Positions 1 through 17,199 of a DNA stretch of 64,000 nt are shown here, piece after piece (position 1 is the first letter of the stretch; the number at the start of each line of letters is the position of its first letter). The position numbers were made by a program, and so were the translations under genes. Where the stretch lies: assembly GCF_009914755.1 (NCBI RefSeq), contig NC_060925.1. One strand, given 5' to 3'. Origin of the DNA: the human T2T-CHM13v2.0 reference genome, Homo sapiens. Below the pieces are notes generated by a model. It saw only the letters and a program-made list of their open reading frames with translations, ran no database searches and was not told the DNA's origin.

Positions 1-1071
1 ATATTAATATTTACACATTGAGAAGGAAACAACTTCTGAAATATAACACTTATAACCAAAATTGAAACCATTTTATGTTGTGCTAACTTTACTGGAGGAA
101 TTTCTTAAATGGGCACAAAGCAAAAAACACCTTCACTATAAATAAAGCAATTCATTTGATTAAAGCCATTGGGAAAGTTTCTAAAAATCTGTTTATATAC
201 ATGATTAAGGAGTCAGCATTTTACTGCAATCTTAGAGAAAACTTACTTAATTTCAATAAATATTTACACAGATAAACTCCTATAACTGTATGTTCTGTCA
301 TACATCATCCACGCAAAACTTCCAATTTTGCCTGGAACATATAATCCACATTTACATCAGTTTAAATTGTTTATTGATTTCAATAGATTGTATAAACACC
401 CTACAAGTATACTGCTTAGTGACCTATAAAAAGCCATTTCAGAGAATGTCTTATATTTAAAGATGAGGTACTGAGTGTTGAAAAGAATAAAATTTTTTGT
501 TCCCAGTAGTACGTCTTAGACATTTTATCTTCCTTTAGAGACAAGATATTTAGAAAATACACTCAAATCAAAGGTGTTCTGCTTTAGCGAAAGTAAAAAA
601 AGCTTATCTACCATGCCTGCCCCAGAGAGTATACCAACAGAATGTTAATTTGTATAGGTAAATTCAAAACTAAATTGCCATTGTATTCTTTTATTTTAAA
701 ATTACCTAACCTTCCTCAAGTTATAGTTAAATTAGGTAATGTTTAACATTAGAATCACTCATTTTCTTCTAGCAAATAACTTACTACATCTATCATCCTG
801 AGTGAAAATAATGTGTAAATGCCACCGCTATCTACTCTAAGCCCTTCCCCACACTGAAATATGAATAAAGGGACAGCTAACTTTAGCTGTCATCGATGAA
901 GAATTTTTGAATATAGCCTCAATGACAAATTGATCAATCCAGAAAAGACTGAGGTCAAAAGCTGGAACAAAATTGCATACAAAGATAAAGTAACACTGAA
1001 CTAAAATTAATACTGTACTAGAGTGGTAGGTTTACAATTGGAGAGTTCTGCAAAATATGTGAAAAGGTAGA

Positions 1072-1180
1072 AAAATAAAAGTATTTATAAAAGTAAATAA
1101 AAACAAATTTATTTATAAAAGTAAATAATATTTATTTATAAAAGTATTTATAAAAGTTTATTATAAAAGTAAATAAAAAC
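1072..1180. repeat. Degenerate AT-rich minisatellite (core TTTATAAAAGTA)
   Basis: About five imperfect copies of tttataaaagta(aataa) in ~110 bp. Confidence 0.75.
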
Positions 1181-2332
1181 ATATCCAAGGAAATACAGAT
1201 TTAAAAAATTCTGGAAAACTTACAGAGATGACAAAGGACCTAATCAACAAAATCACAAGAGATGAATTCTAAAAGTCGGTAAAAAGAAAGGAGCACCAAC
1301 TGTACGTCTAAACAGCTGGGCAGATGAGGAAATCGAGGAAAGTCCCCTGATACTGAGATGCAAGTTATCAACTTCAGCAGAAAAACCGCTCTTCCAGTTT
1401 TTCTCCTGAATTTTTGATGTTATTGTTGTTGTTTGTGTGTGTGCGCACCTATGTTAACGATTCCATGATCCCCCACTATCCCGCAACAGGCATGATTCTA
1501 ATGGACTAGAAGCAACCTTAATCAAAATTCCATATCTCAGGATTAGGGTCTACAACATGCCTCCATATATCCACTATGAATACTTTCAAAGCTAATAAGT
1601 AAACAGACAAACCTGTATGTTTAAAATAGGTTTGTTTTAATATAGCATCCAAACTAACACACTGTTGTTCAAATCATCAGTTTTGAGTTAAACTTAACCA
1701 GGATTGATTTCTTTTCAACTTATTACAGAAACATGGTTTTCTATATTACTATTAGTGACAGAGGCAAGGAATTTCCTATTTCAATTTTAAAATATATGAA
1801 AAGGAACTATTTATTTCACATCCAAATTATAACAGGATCAGACTCTGGTTGCCATAGCATTTTTAAAGGGAGAGCTGGAATCTTTACATGATTAAGATGC
1901 TCTTAGGGAGCTGGGGTAGGTTGTTTGAGAAAACTAGATACCATCTACCAAAAATATATAGATAGCCATTATGACTAAATAAAAAATATAATCTGTGTTG
2001 TGTTTACACTTAAGGCAAGCCTATAATATTAAATTCCTCTGGATCTACTAAAAACAAACACATATATTACTTTTCACTTTTAAGAACTATAATCTGTAAT
2101 TAAGGTTAATGTGACCCATATCTGGTTAATAAACTCACATATAGAGAACTGTGCTAGGAAGAAATATCTAACATTATCTAATATGTAATATATTCTAAAC
2201 AAAAACAATTTAAGCCTTTTAAAATCAAATTACACTTTTATAAACATTCATTTCACATGCATAATTGCTGCTTCCCCTTCTAATACTTATTATTCAAAGA
2301 TCAGTACAGAAATGAAGACCGCACATAATTAC

Positions 2333-2517
2333 CTTTCCCTGAGAGAAGCTCTATTTAACACAGGGCTTGGAGAATGCTTTGGCATTGTTGAGGGTGCTGA
2401 ATGGACTAGCAAGGTCCTCGCTGAATGCCGGGGCTTACTACACGACCTTGGGCTCAAATACTCTTCACATTTTTCTAAAGAGTCATCGAAGTCTCTCCCA
2501 TGGGGTGTCCTGATAAC
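2333..2517 (-). CDS. SPATA6: SPATA6 coding exon (probably exon 10), 185 nt
   Basis: aaaacag|GTTATCAGG...GAAAG|gtaatt; VIRTPHGRDFDDSLEKCEEYLSPRSCSKPRHSARTLLVHSAPSTMPKHSPSPVLNRASLRE(R). Confidence 0.94.
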
Positions 2518-2899
2518 CTGTTTTAAAAATTATATACATATAGATATACAAATACAGATACATATGTATATAACATATTATATAGTAATATAGTATGCAT
2601 AGTAGTCATATGCATGTGCACACACACACTAATTTTATAAAAGTAATAAAACATATGCCACAGCTATAAAGATAAAATTCAGAACATAGTAATTAGTCAC
2701 TGTAAGATTAAATATTAAATGTATCAAGATTGTCATTATATATAAAATGTATAAGACAGTTCGAAAGGCTTTTGAGTAGTGGTGGGGTTCGCATAGGGAT
2801 GTGTGTATCTAAAACAAAGAATACATCCACATGAACCAAATGGTAGCCTAGTTTAGCTATCAGATCAAACAGAACTAGATTCAAATTCAGGTCTAATAC

Positions 2900-4350
2900 T
2901 CATTCACTACTTCATTTGTTCTGGGAATGGACACATGAACAAATCAGAAAAGACAAATGAATAAATTCCTGCTCCTGTGGAACATATATTCTGGTAAAAT
3001 ATATATTCTAATAAGAAGAGATAAATGTAAAACACAAAAACACACCAAGATAAAGAACTAGAATAGAGTGTGTTACAGGATATTAAGTAACATGAGAAGC
3101 AGGGGGGTTAAGTGCTGATGGGTGCGATGGAAAGATTATGCAGGAAAGGAACTGTAATTTTAAATGGGATAGTCAGTAGGAACCTCACTGAGACCTGAAG
3201 ACCTCAGTAAAGACCGTAAGACCTAAGTCACGAAGATTATCTGTGGAAAGACTATGCCAGAAGAGAGAAAAATAAATGCAAAGATCTTGGGAGTAGGAGG
3301 AGGACATGCTTGATATTAGCAAGGGAGCCAGTGGAGCTCGACTGGGTAGTAAGAAATGAGGTCAAAAAGGTAGGTTTTAAGAAATTAATCTTTTATTCTG
3401 AGAGAAAAATATGTCCTGACTTTTTCCTTCTATAAATAGGACATCCCAGGCTATTATATTGAGAATAGTCTGCAGAGGGGCCAAGGGCCCTGGGAGGAAA
3501 TCAGCTAGGAACCTATTATAATAAAATCTGGAAAAGCATGCTGGCTTGGGCCAGAATGACTGCAATGGAGGTGAGAAGTGATCAGATTCACAATATATTT
3601 AGAAGACACAGCCAACAGGTCACAACTGGTCTCGATGTCAAAGATGACACTAAGGTTTTCTGTCCTAATCAACTAGAAGGGTTGGGTTTGTATGAATTAG
3701 ATATACTCTTCCAATTGTAAGCATAGAAAATTAAGATATTAGGAGTCTAGTTTTGGACATATTAAGCTTCACATATCTATTAATCTATTAATCATTCAAT
3801 ATATTACAGCAGAGTTTGGGGGAAAGTCCAGGATGAAAATATAAATTGGTAATTACTAGAGTCTAAATGGTATTTAGAGGTATTGCACTGGGTGATATTG
3901 CCAAGGAAGTAAAAGTAAATCAAAAGTAGAAAACATCTGAAGAATTAGCCCTGGGAATACTCCAATATTTAGAGGCTTGAAAGATGAAAAGAAAACATTA
4001 CTGAAGAGTAGCCAGGGAAGAAAGGAAAGAAACACGAGAATGTGTTGTTTTGGAAGTGAATAAACAATGTATTTTAAGGAAGGGGGAGTAACTAATGGGT
4101 AAATATAACTTGATAGGTCAAGTTAGAAAAGACAGACCTTTGGATGTTAGTAACAGTGAAGTCATCGATAACATCAACAAAAATAGCTTTAACGGAGTGA
4201 CAAGAGTGAAAATCTGAAGTTGAATTCAAGAGAGAATAAGAGGAGAGGAATTGGATTCATTTAACAAATATTTGAGTCCCAGTCATGTCCTAAGTTTTGG
4301 GACTACAATAGTGAACAAAACAAAGTCTCTGCCTTTAAGAGTTTATGTTA
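2900..4350 (-). mobile_element. Ancient L2 LINE remnant(s)
   Basis: Purine-rich degenerate sequence with L2 3'-end motifs (ttcatttaacaaatatttgag, gttttggacatattaag); boundaries approximate. Confidence 0.6.
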
Positions 4351-4861
4351 TAGTAGCGCTATTTGTTAAATATTTGACCATTTAGACAGCTATCTAATTC
4401 TTCTCAGACTCATTTCCCTCACATGAAAAATAAAGTTAATAATAGCTAGCTTACAGATCTTCCATTATTTATTTAAACTATATTGCAGGATGTCTAGGTG
4501 TATACATTAGTTGCCCAATAAATGTATGTCATTTGTTATTAAAACATAAGTCCAGCATAGGTTTTGCTTCAACACTACCATAATTTTCACTATTTTCCAA
4601 AATTACAACAAATAATAAGTCAGTGGTCAGCTGAGAGAATCATGCTTTCATTCCAGAACCTAATAGAACATAGTTCAAATGACACAGTTACAGTCCCCAA
4701 TAACTGACCAACAAGAAATATGTGATCAAGACTGAAGAAAAAAATAAAATTGCTCCATTTTTAGCTATTCAGAGACAAAACAAAAACACAGTAAAACTTA
4801 AAAACAAGATCAAGGAGGCTGATGGTCAACAATGTAAGTGCATATGTTCAGAGACACAGAA

Positions 4862-5038
4862 TAGGTAGCTCACATCTGTAGTCTCAACTATTCAGGAGGC
4901 TGAGGCAGGAGGAACACTTGAGCTCAGGAGTTCTATGTTGCAGTGAGCTATGACTGCACCACTGCACTCCAGCCTGGGTGACACAGCAACACTCTGTCTC
5001 AAAGAAAAAGAAAAAAAAGAAAAGAAAGAAAAAGAAAG
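4862..5038 (+). mobile_element. Alu monomer or right-arm fragment (FRAM/AluJ-like)
   Basis: ggaggctgaggcaggagga...cactgcactccagcctgggtgac followed by an A-rich tail; only one arm present. Confidence 0.85.
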
Positions 5039-6769
5039 TGGGAGAAGGTGTCACACTGTTGTTTCTAGAATATATCCAAATACGAACCACTTGGCCTGGA
5101 TTATTTTCTTTTTATCAATTTCAATGTCAATTGAGACATGTTAGATGGCAGACCACTTCATTTTTATCTGCTAAATTTTATCCCCAAACTAGTCAGCATT
5201 GCTTTATATAAAGCCTTTTATAGGTGACTACCACTGAATTTCTATCACAATATTCACTGAGAATCTCTTGAACATCTTAGCTCACACTCAAACCTAAGAA
5301 ATACAAAGATTTAAACTCACAATCCAGATGAGACAGGGCATATACAGAAGGATAAATGACAATAAGATATGCTGAAGTGTCAAACACATTCCAATGACAA
5401 TAACTGCAAAAAGAAATTCAAAGGAAAGAAAGACTTCTAATGGTCTTAATGGTGCAGGTCTCACTGAGGAGGTAGAATCGAAATCAAAGCCATAAGTAGA
5501 GGAAAGGAGGAGAAAAGCCATTCAGAATAGGAAAAAGGCACAAGAAAAGATGAGCAAAGATGAAAAATGAATAATAGTTGGGCTATTTCTATACAAATGT
5601 AATAGAGAATATCATAGAGGTGGGAGGGATACATTGTACAAGAATCTTAAATGCTGTAACTCAACAGTATTCAAGATTTATTAAGCACCTTCTGCATATA
5701 AAGTACCAAACAAAGTAGGAAACAACAATCACGGGTGTTAAATAAACAGGAGAACTCAAAAAAAGTTACAATACAGAATATAAGACGTCAAGTACAAGTA
5801 ATGAGAAAGGAAATTAGAGCTAAATAGACATGAAGTAATTGCGCAATGGGAACACAGCTTGAATGTATTCCTTCCATGGAATTAGAGTATATGTTTTGTA
5901 AAGTCTTTTATCAAAATAAGGGGTTACGAGGTAAAACGAAAGGGTACGTCTCTTTGATAAGAATCCATTTCAAACTTAAAGCCTTCAGCCTTAGCTTAAA
6001 AAATGTTTCCATAGCTCTTGTGAGTTTCCGTTAGATCATTTCCTTTCAAAAGCTAAATGGAATATTATCTCTTTAGCTCATCACAGAAGGGTTATATTTC
6101 TTCAATGTATCTTCAATAATACTGGCTTAGAGTCCAAAAACTTAAGTTCAAATCCCTGCTGTTTATGAGACCCTGAGCAAGTCATTTACCCTATTAAGGC
6201 TTTCGTTTCCTTACCTATGAACTGAAAACACAATATTACAGATTTGACACAAAAATTAAATGAAAGGAAAGTGAAAACACTAGTGGAGAGCTTGGCTCAT
6301 AAAGATAATTTTCTTCTGTGTATAGCATTTATACTTCAGCATAAAAAAGTCTTTTTTTTACATTTATGAAAAGAGTTTTTTTAATGACTTTCTATGAACC
6401 CACAAATGCAATACTTTCAATATGGCAAATGCTAAAATGAATCAAGATGAAAAAATAACTAATATTTTTAAACTAATCTGAAACTGGTACAGGTAAAAAA
6501 GGAAACTTCTTTTTTTTCATGTTGCCTTTTTTCTTTTTTTATTTTTTAAATTTATTTTATTATTATTATACTTTAAGTTTTAGGGTACATGTGCACAATG
6601 TGAAGGTTTGTTACATATGTATACATGTGCCATGCTGGTGTACTGCACCCATTAACTCATCATTTAGCATTAGGTATACCTCTTAATGCTATCCCTCCCC
6701 CCTTCCCCCACCTCACAACAGTCCCCAGAGTGTGATGTTCCCCTTCCTGTGTCCATGTGCTCTCCTTGT

Positions 6770-10588
<3,819 letters not shown>

Positions 10589-10650
10589 TTTGATGTTATC
10601 TGGTTATTTTGCTCATTAGTTCATGCAGTTTCTTCCAGCCTTCATGATCT

Positions 10651-11665
10651 TTATAATTTGGCATGTTTTTGCAGTGGCTGATACCAGTTGTTCCTTTCCA
10701 TGTTTAGTGCTTCCTTCAGGAGCTCTTTTAGGGCAGGCGTGGTGGTGACAAAATCTCTCAGCATTTGCTTGTCTGTATAGTATTTTATTTCTCCTTCACT
10801 TATGAAGCTTAGTTTGGCTGGATATGAAATTCTGGGTTGAAAATTCTTTTCTTTAAGAATGTTGAATATTGGCCCCCACTCTCTCCTGGCTTGTAGAGTT
10901 TCTGCCAAGAGATCAGCTGTTAGTCTGATGGGCTTCCCTCTGTGGGTAACCCGACCTTTCTCTCTGGGTGCCCTTAACATTTTGCCTTCATTTAAACTTT
11001 GGTGAATCTGACAATTATGTGTCTTGGAGTTGCTCTTCTCGAGGAGTATCTTTGTGGCGTTCTCTGTATTTCCTGAATCTGAATGTTGGTCTGCCTTGCT
11101 AGATTGGGGAATTTCTCCTGGATAATATCCTGCAGAGTGTTTTTCAACTTGGTTTCATTCTCCCCGTCACTTTCAGGTACACCAATCAGACGTAGATTTG
11201 GTCTTTTCACATAGTCCCACATTTCTTGGAGACTTTGTTCGTTTCTTTTTATTCTTTTTCCTCTAAACTCCCCTTCTCGCTTCATTTCATTCATTTCATC
11301 TTCCATCACTGATACCCTTTCTTCCAGTTGATCACATCGGCTCCTGAGGCTTCTGCATTCTTCACGTAGTTCTCGAGCCTTGGCTTTCAGCTCCATTAGC
11401 TCCTTTAAGCACTTCTCTGCATTGGTTATTCTAGTTATACATTTGTCTAATTTTTTTTCAAAGTTGTTAACTTCTTTGCCATTGGTTTGAATTTCCTCCT
11501 GTAGCTCGGAGTAGTTTGATCGTCCGAAGACTTCTTCTCTCAACTCGTCAACATCATTCTCCGTCCAGCTTTGTTCCACTGCTGGTGAGGAACTGCATTC
11601 CTTTGGAGAAGGAGAGGCGTGCTGTTTTTTAGATTTCCAGTTTTTCTGCTCTGTTTTTTCCCCAT
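10651..11665 (-). pseudogene. L1 ORF1p remnant
   Basis: ATG GGG AAA AAA CAG at 11665, an early frameshift, and a premature TAA at 10992. Fragments 10992-11579 and 10651-10980 match ORF1p (RPNLRLIGVPE, YPAKLSF). Confidence 0.93.
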
Positions 11666-12227
11666 CTTTGTGGTTTTATCTACTTTTGGTCTTTGATGAT
11701 GGTGATGTACAGATGGGTTTTTGGTGTGGATGTCCTTTCTGTTTGTTAGTTTTCCTTCTGACAGACAGGACCCTCAGCTGCAGGTCTGTTGGAGTTTGCT
11801 AGAGGTCCACTCCACACTGTTTGCCTGGGTATCAGCAGTGGTGGCTGCAGAACAGCGGATTTTCGTGAACCGCGAATGCTGCTGCCTGATCGGTCCTCTG
11901 GAAGTTTTGTCTCAGAGGAGTACCCGGCCGTGTGAGGTGTCAGTCTGCCCCTACTGGGAGGTGCCTCCCAGTTAGGCTGCTCGGGTGTCAGGGACCCACT
12001 TAAGGAGGCAGTCTGCCAGTTCTCAGATCTCCAGCTGCGTGCTGGGAGAACCACTACCCTCTTCAAAGCTGTCAGACAGGGACATTTAAGTCTGCTGTCT
12101 TTTTGTTTGTCTGTGCCCTGCCCCCAGAGGTGGAGCCTACAGAGGCAGGCAGGCCTCCTTGAGCTGTGGTGGGCTCCACCCAGTTCGAGCTTCCTGGCTC
12201 CTTTGTTTACCTAAGCAAGCCTGGGCA

Positions 12228-12716
12228 ATGGTAGGTGCCCCTCCCCCAGCCTGGCTGCCGCCTTGCAGTTTGATCTCAGACTGCTGTGCTAGCAATCAGC
12301 GAGACTCCGTGGGCGTAGGACCCTCCGAGCCATGTGTGGGATATAATCTCCTGGTGTGCCGTTTTTTAAGCCCGTCGGAAAAGCGCAGTAGTGGGGTGGG
12401 AGTGATTGGATTTTCCAGGTGCCGTCTGTCACCCCTTTCTTTGATTAGGAAAGGGAACTCCCTGACCCCTTGCGCTTCCCGAGTGAGGCAATGCCTCGTC
12501 CTGCTTTGGCTTGCGCATGGTGCACTGCACCCACTGTCCTGCACCCACTGTCTGGCACTCTCTAGTGAGATGAACCCGGTACCTCAGATGGAAATGCAGA
12601 AATCACCCATTTTCTGCGTCGCTCACGCTGGGAGCTGTAGACCGGAGCTCCTCCTATTCGGCCATCTTGGCTCCACCCTCAAAAGGAAACTTCATATACT
12701 AAATTCATGTGATTAA
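12228..12716 (+). other. L1 ORF0 homologue, extended to 162 aa
   Basis: ATG at 12228: MVGAPPPAWLPPCSLISDCCASNQRDSVGVGPSEP..., matching primate L1 antisense ORF0. No stop until 12716, outside the element. No expression evidence. Confidence 0.7.
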
Positions 12717-14021
12717 TGACATGCTCTTCAAATCTATGATATGCAGAGTTTTTATACCACACGTATGAAATAAGATTCCTGAAAAGTTGCTTACACAGTA
12801 AGTTGACAAATCATATTATTGGCCATAAAAATGTTATATTTACAAAAACCTCAAGGTCAAATTAGTGTGGGTGAGAATTAACTACTACAAATAATGGGAA
12901 CTAGAAAATTCAGTTACTCAACAAATATTTGTTGTTAGCCTACATAGTGCCTAGTATCACACACTATTCTCTAAAGTTTCTCTTCTGTCATAGGGCAGAA
13001 GAGTTCAGAAATAAATACAAATAATTCAAATGGAATTAGCTGAGAAGTAGTTGAGAATAAGGACCATAGGACAGAAGCACAGTGCAGGTACAACTTGCAG
13101 GATGGCCAGAGGAAAGTATGGTTCTGAAAGGGGAAAAAGTAGATATGGGTAACTGAAATCACTTTCTCAATCTTGCCAAGAACATTCCTTAGTGAATCTT
13201 ACATCAAGTAAAAGATCAATTCCTATCTTATCTGATTTAAACATTCATATGTGCACTATCTGATTTGGTTTAAGTAAGATGTACTTTTTTTACACTGAAG
13301 CTGAATTTGAAAGATATTCTAAAATAATACAATAAGAAAATAATTCCCAAATATATCAGATCTTGAGGGGAACCCCTCCCCTCTTAGACCACTGTTCTAT
13401 TCACTTACATATAGAAAACTTTTTAAATCCTCACAACAACCTTATAAGGTAGACGTTTTTATTATCTGTACTTTATTGGTAAGAAAATAAAAGCAAAATC
13501 AAACAGCTGTTAAGCAGTGGGGGTTCCAGACCAATTATATATGAGGGATCTATGGCAGAAACAAATTGCAAACTCTCATAGCCCAAGCCTAACAGGATTT
13601 CTACAAGGAAAGTCCCACAAAGGATGGGCTCACGATATGATTTACCAATAATCCAATATACACAGCTAAGGAACAAACTGACAAACTTTCTGAGAAAGAA
13701 AGAAAACATTCCCAACTAAAGTTATAATGTGATCACAACAATGCTACCAAATCATTCAAGGACAGTACAAGAAAGGATAATTATAGGCCACCCTCAATTG
13801 TGGCCATATATGGAAAAATTATAACTAAAATATTTTAATTCAGGAATGTTAAAGAATAAGCTAGAAGAACACAACATGACAAGGCAGTTTATTCAAATAA
13901 TACAAGGATGGATTATCATTAGAAAATTTATCAATTCACCATAAAAAAAATTATCATCTCAACAGGTGCTGGAAACAGCATTTGGTAATATTCAATATCC
14001 ATTCATTGAATATGTATCTAT

Positions 14022-14024
<3 letters not shown>

Positions 14025-14068
<44 letters not shown>
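14025..14068. repeat. (GATA)11 microsatellite
   Basis: 11 perfect GATA units. Confidence 0.97.
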
Positions 14069-14452
14069 TTCAAACAAGGAATTTCAAGGGAACTTCCTTA
14101 ACTTGCTAAATGATAGCTAACAAAACCTTACTGCAAATAATATTTATTTTTTATTTACTGCATATAATATTTATATGTGTGGAAATTTATAGATGATCCT
14201 ATCAAAGACAAGAATACACACTACATTAGTCTACACTACAGCATGTTAGGCAATACTGCAGTAGCAAATTAAGTTTGAAATCAGTGGCTGGACATCATAA
14301 ACGTTCATTTTTCCTCCACTATATGGTAACACAGTTTAGCAAGAGAAATTATACAAAACTGCCCAAGGACTTATGCTGATAAAACATGCTAAACAAATTA
14401 TAACTGTACTATCTAGAACCTGAAGCTTCATTGTCACTGTAACAAGAGTGTT

Positions 14453-16701
14453 TGCATTAGTCCATTTTCATGCTGCTGATAAAGACACACACGAGACTGG
14501 GAAGAAAATGAGGTTTAATTAGACTTACAGTTCCATATAGCTGGGGAGGTTTCGCAATCATGGCTGAGGGTGAAAGGCACTTCTTACAGGGTGGTGGCAA
14601 GAGAGAATGAGGAAGAAGCAAAAGCAGAAACCCCTGATAAACCCAACAGATCTCATGACACTTATTTACTATCATGAGAGCAGCATGGGAAAGACAGGCC
14701 CCCATGATTCAATTTCCTTCCCCTAGGTCCCTCCTACAACATGTGGGAATTCTGGGAGATACAATTCAAGTTAAGATTTGGATGGGAACACAGCCAAACC
14801 ATATCATTCCACCCCTGGCACCTCCAAATATCATGTCCTCACATTTCAAAACCAATCATGCCTTCCCAACAGTCCCCCAAAGTCCGAACTCATTTTAGCA
14901 TTAACCCAAAAGTCCACAGTCCAAAGTCTCATCTGAGACAAGGCAAGTCCCTTCTGCCTATGAGCCTGTAAAACCAAGAACAAGCTAGTTACTGCCTAGA
15001 CACAATGGGGGTACAGGTATTGGGTAAATACAGCTGTTCTAAATGAGAGAAACTGGCCAAAACAAAGGGGTTACAGGGCCCATGTAAGTCTGAAATCCAG
15101 TGGAGCAGTCAAAGCTTAAAGCTCCAAAATGATCTCCTTTGACTCCATATCTCACATCCAGCTCACACTGATGCAAGATGTGGGTTCCCATGGTGTTAGG
15201 CAGCTCCACCCCTGTGGTTTTGCAGGATATAGTCTCTCTCCTGCTGCTTTCACGGGCTGGCATTGTGTCTGTGGCTTTTGCAGGCGCATGGTGCAAGCTG
15301 TCAGTAGATCTACCATTCTGGGATCTGGAGGATGGTGGCCCTCTTTTCACACTCCACCAGGCAGTGCCCCAGTAGGGACTCTGTGTGGGGGCTCCTCTGC
15401 ACTGCCTTAGCACAAGTTCTCCATGAGGGCTCCGCCCCTGCAGCAAATTTCTGCCTGGGCATCCAGGAGTTTCCATACATCTTCTGAAAACTAGGCAGAG
15501 GTTCCCAAACCTCAATTCTTGACTTCTGTGCACTCACAGGCTCAACACCACATGGACGCTGCCAAGGCTTGGGGCTTCCACCCTCTGAAGCCAGAGCCCA
15601 ACCTGTAAATTGGCCCCTTTAGCCATGGCTTTAGTGGCTGAGACACAGGGCACCAAGTCCCTAGACTGCACACAGCACAGGGACCCTGGGCCCAGTCCAT
15701 GAAATCACTTTTTCCCACTGGACCTCTCGGCCTGTGATTGGGAGGGGCTGCCATGAAGGTCTCTGACATGACCTGGAGACATTTTCCCTGTGGTCTTGGG
15801 GATTAACACTAGGCTCCTTGCTACTTATGCAAATTTCTGCAGCTGGCTTGAATTTCTCCCCAAAAAACAGGTTTCTCTTTTCTATCGCATAGTCAGGCTA
15901 CAAATTTTCCAAACTTTTATGCTCTGCTTCCCTTATAAAACAGAATGCCTTTAATAGCACCCAAGTCACCTCTTGAATGCTTTGCTGCTTAGAAGTTTAT
16001 TCTGCCAGATACCTTAAATCATCTTTCTCAAGTTCAAAGTTCCACAAATCTCTAGGGCAGGGGCAAAATGCCGCCACTCTCTTTACAAGAGTCACCTTTA
16101 TTCCAGTTCCCAAAAAGCTTCTCATCTCCATCTGAGACCACCTCAGTCTGGATTTTATTGCCCATATCGCTATCAGAATTTTTGCCAAAGCCATTCAACA
16201 AGTCACTAGGAAGTTCCAAACTTTCCCACATTTTCCTGTCTTCTTCTGAGCCTTCCAAACTGTTCCAACCTCTGCCTGTTACCCAGTTCCAAAGTCGCTT
16301 CCACATTTCCGGGTATCTTTTCAGCAACGCCCCACTCTACTGGTAACAATTTACTGTATTAATCTGTTTTCCACTGCTGATAAAGACATACACAAGACTG
16401 GGAAGAAAAGGAAGTTTGACTTACAGTTCCACATGGCTGGAGAGGTTTCACTTTCATGGCTGAGGGCAAAAGGCACTTCTTACATGGCGGCAGCAAGAGA
16501 GAATGAGGAAGAAGCAAAAGCAGAAACCCCTGATAAACCCCTCAGATCTCTTGACACTTACTTACTATTAGGAGAATAGCATGGGAAAGACCGGTCCCCA
16601 TGATTCAATTACTTCCCCCTGGGTCCTTCCCACAACATAGGGGAATTCTGGGAGATACAATTCAAGTTGAAGTTTGGGTGGGGACACAGCCAAACATATC
16701 A
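14453..16701 (-). mobile_element. THE1A-like MaLR provirus (LTR-internal-LTR)
   Basis: Concordant ~350-bp LTRs at 14453-14806 and 16355-16701; internal MaLR ORF remnants (WNSLEGSEEDRKMWESLELP); TSD GTGTT/ATGTT (4/5). Nested in an older MLT inside L1M debris. Confidence 0.93.
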
Positions 16702-17199
16702 ATGTTTATATTAACTCTCTTACGCTTTGCTCTGGAACTGATCCACATAATTTCCATGCACAGTCTATTGGCTAGAACTAGGCCCCATCTACCTGCAATT
16801 AGGCTTAGAAGTATGGGAAAGTGTGTGTATAGCCGATAAGTAAGAAATGTCTCTGCCACATTCACTATTGCCACTTTTATTTGCAGTATTGAAGATCCTG
16901 GTAAGCTGAGACAAATATTATGAAAGGCAAAAATAAAATTCTTTATATGTAGATGATAAGTTTACCTCTATAAAAAAATCCAAGAACATCTATTACAAGA
17001 TTATCATGCAAAAATCAATTCCAAACCTATACATCAGTAAAACAACAAAAATGTAATTTTATAAAAAAAAAAAAGAAGTCCATTCACAATAGGAACAAGC
17101 CATAAAGTTTCTAGGAATATGTCTAATAAACAATGTACAACACACTAATGGAAAAACATATAACTTTGGTGAGACATGAGAACTGAGACCATTTGCATT

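Noticed and set aside
2312-2593. 93-aa plus-strand ORF
   Set aside because: It is the antisense shadow of the real minus-strand exon at 2333-2517 and has no independent support.
15039-16346. THE1 internal ORFs (also 51807-53179) as a domesticated gene
   Set aside because: They are fragmented across frames in both copies, as expected for ordinary MaLR decay.
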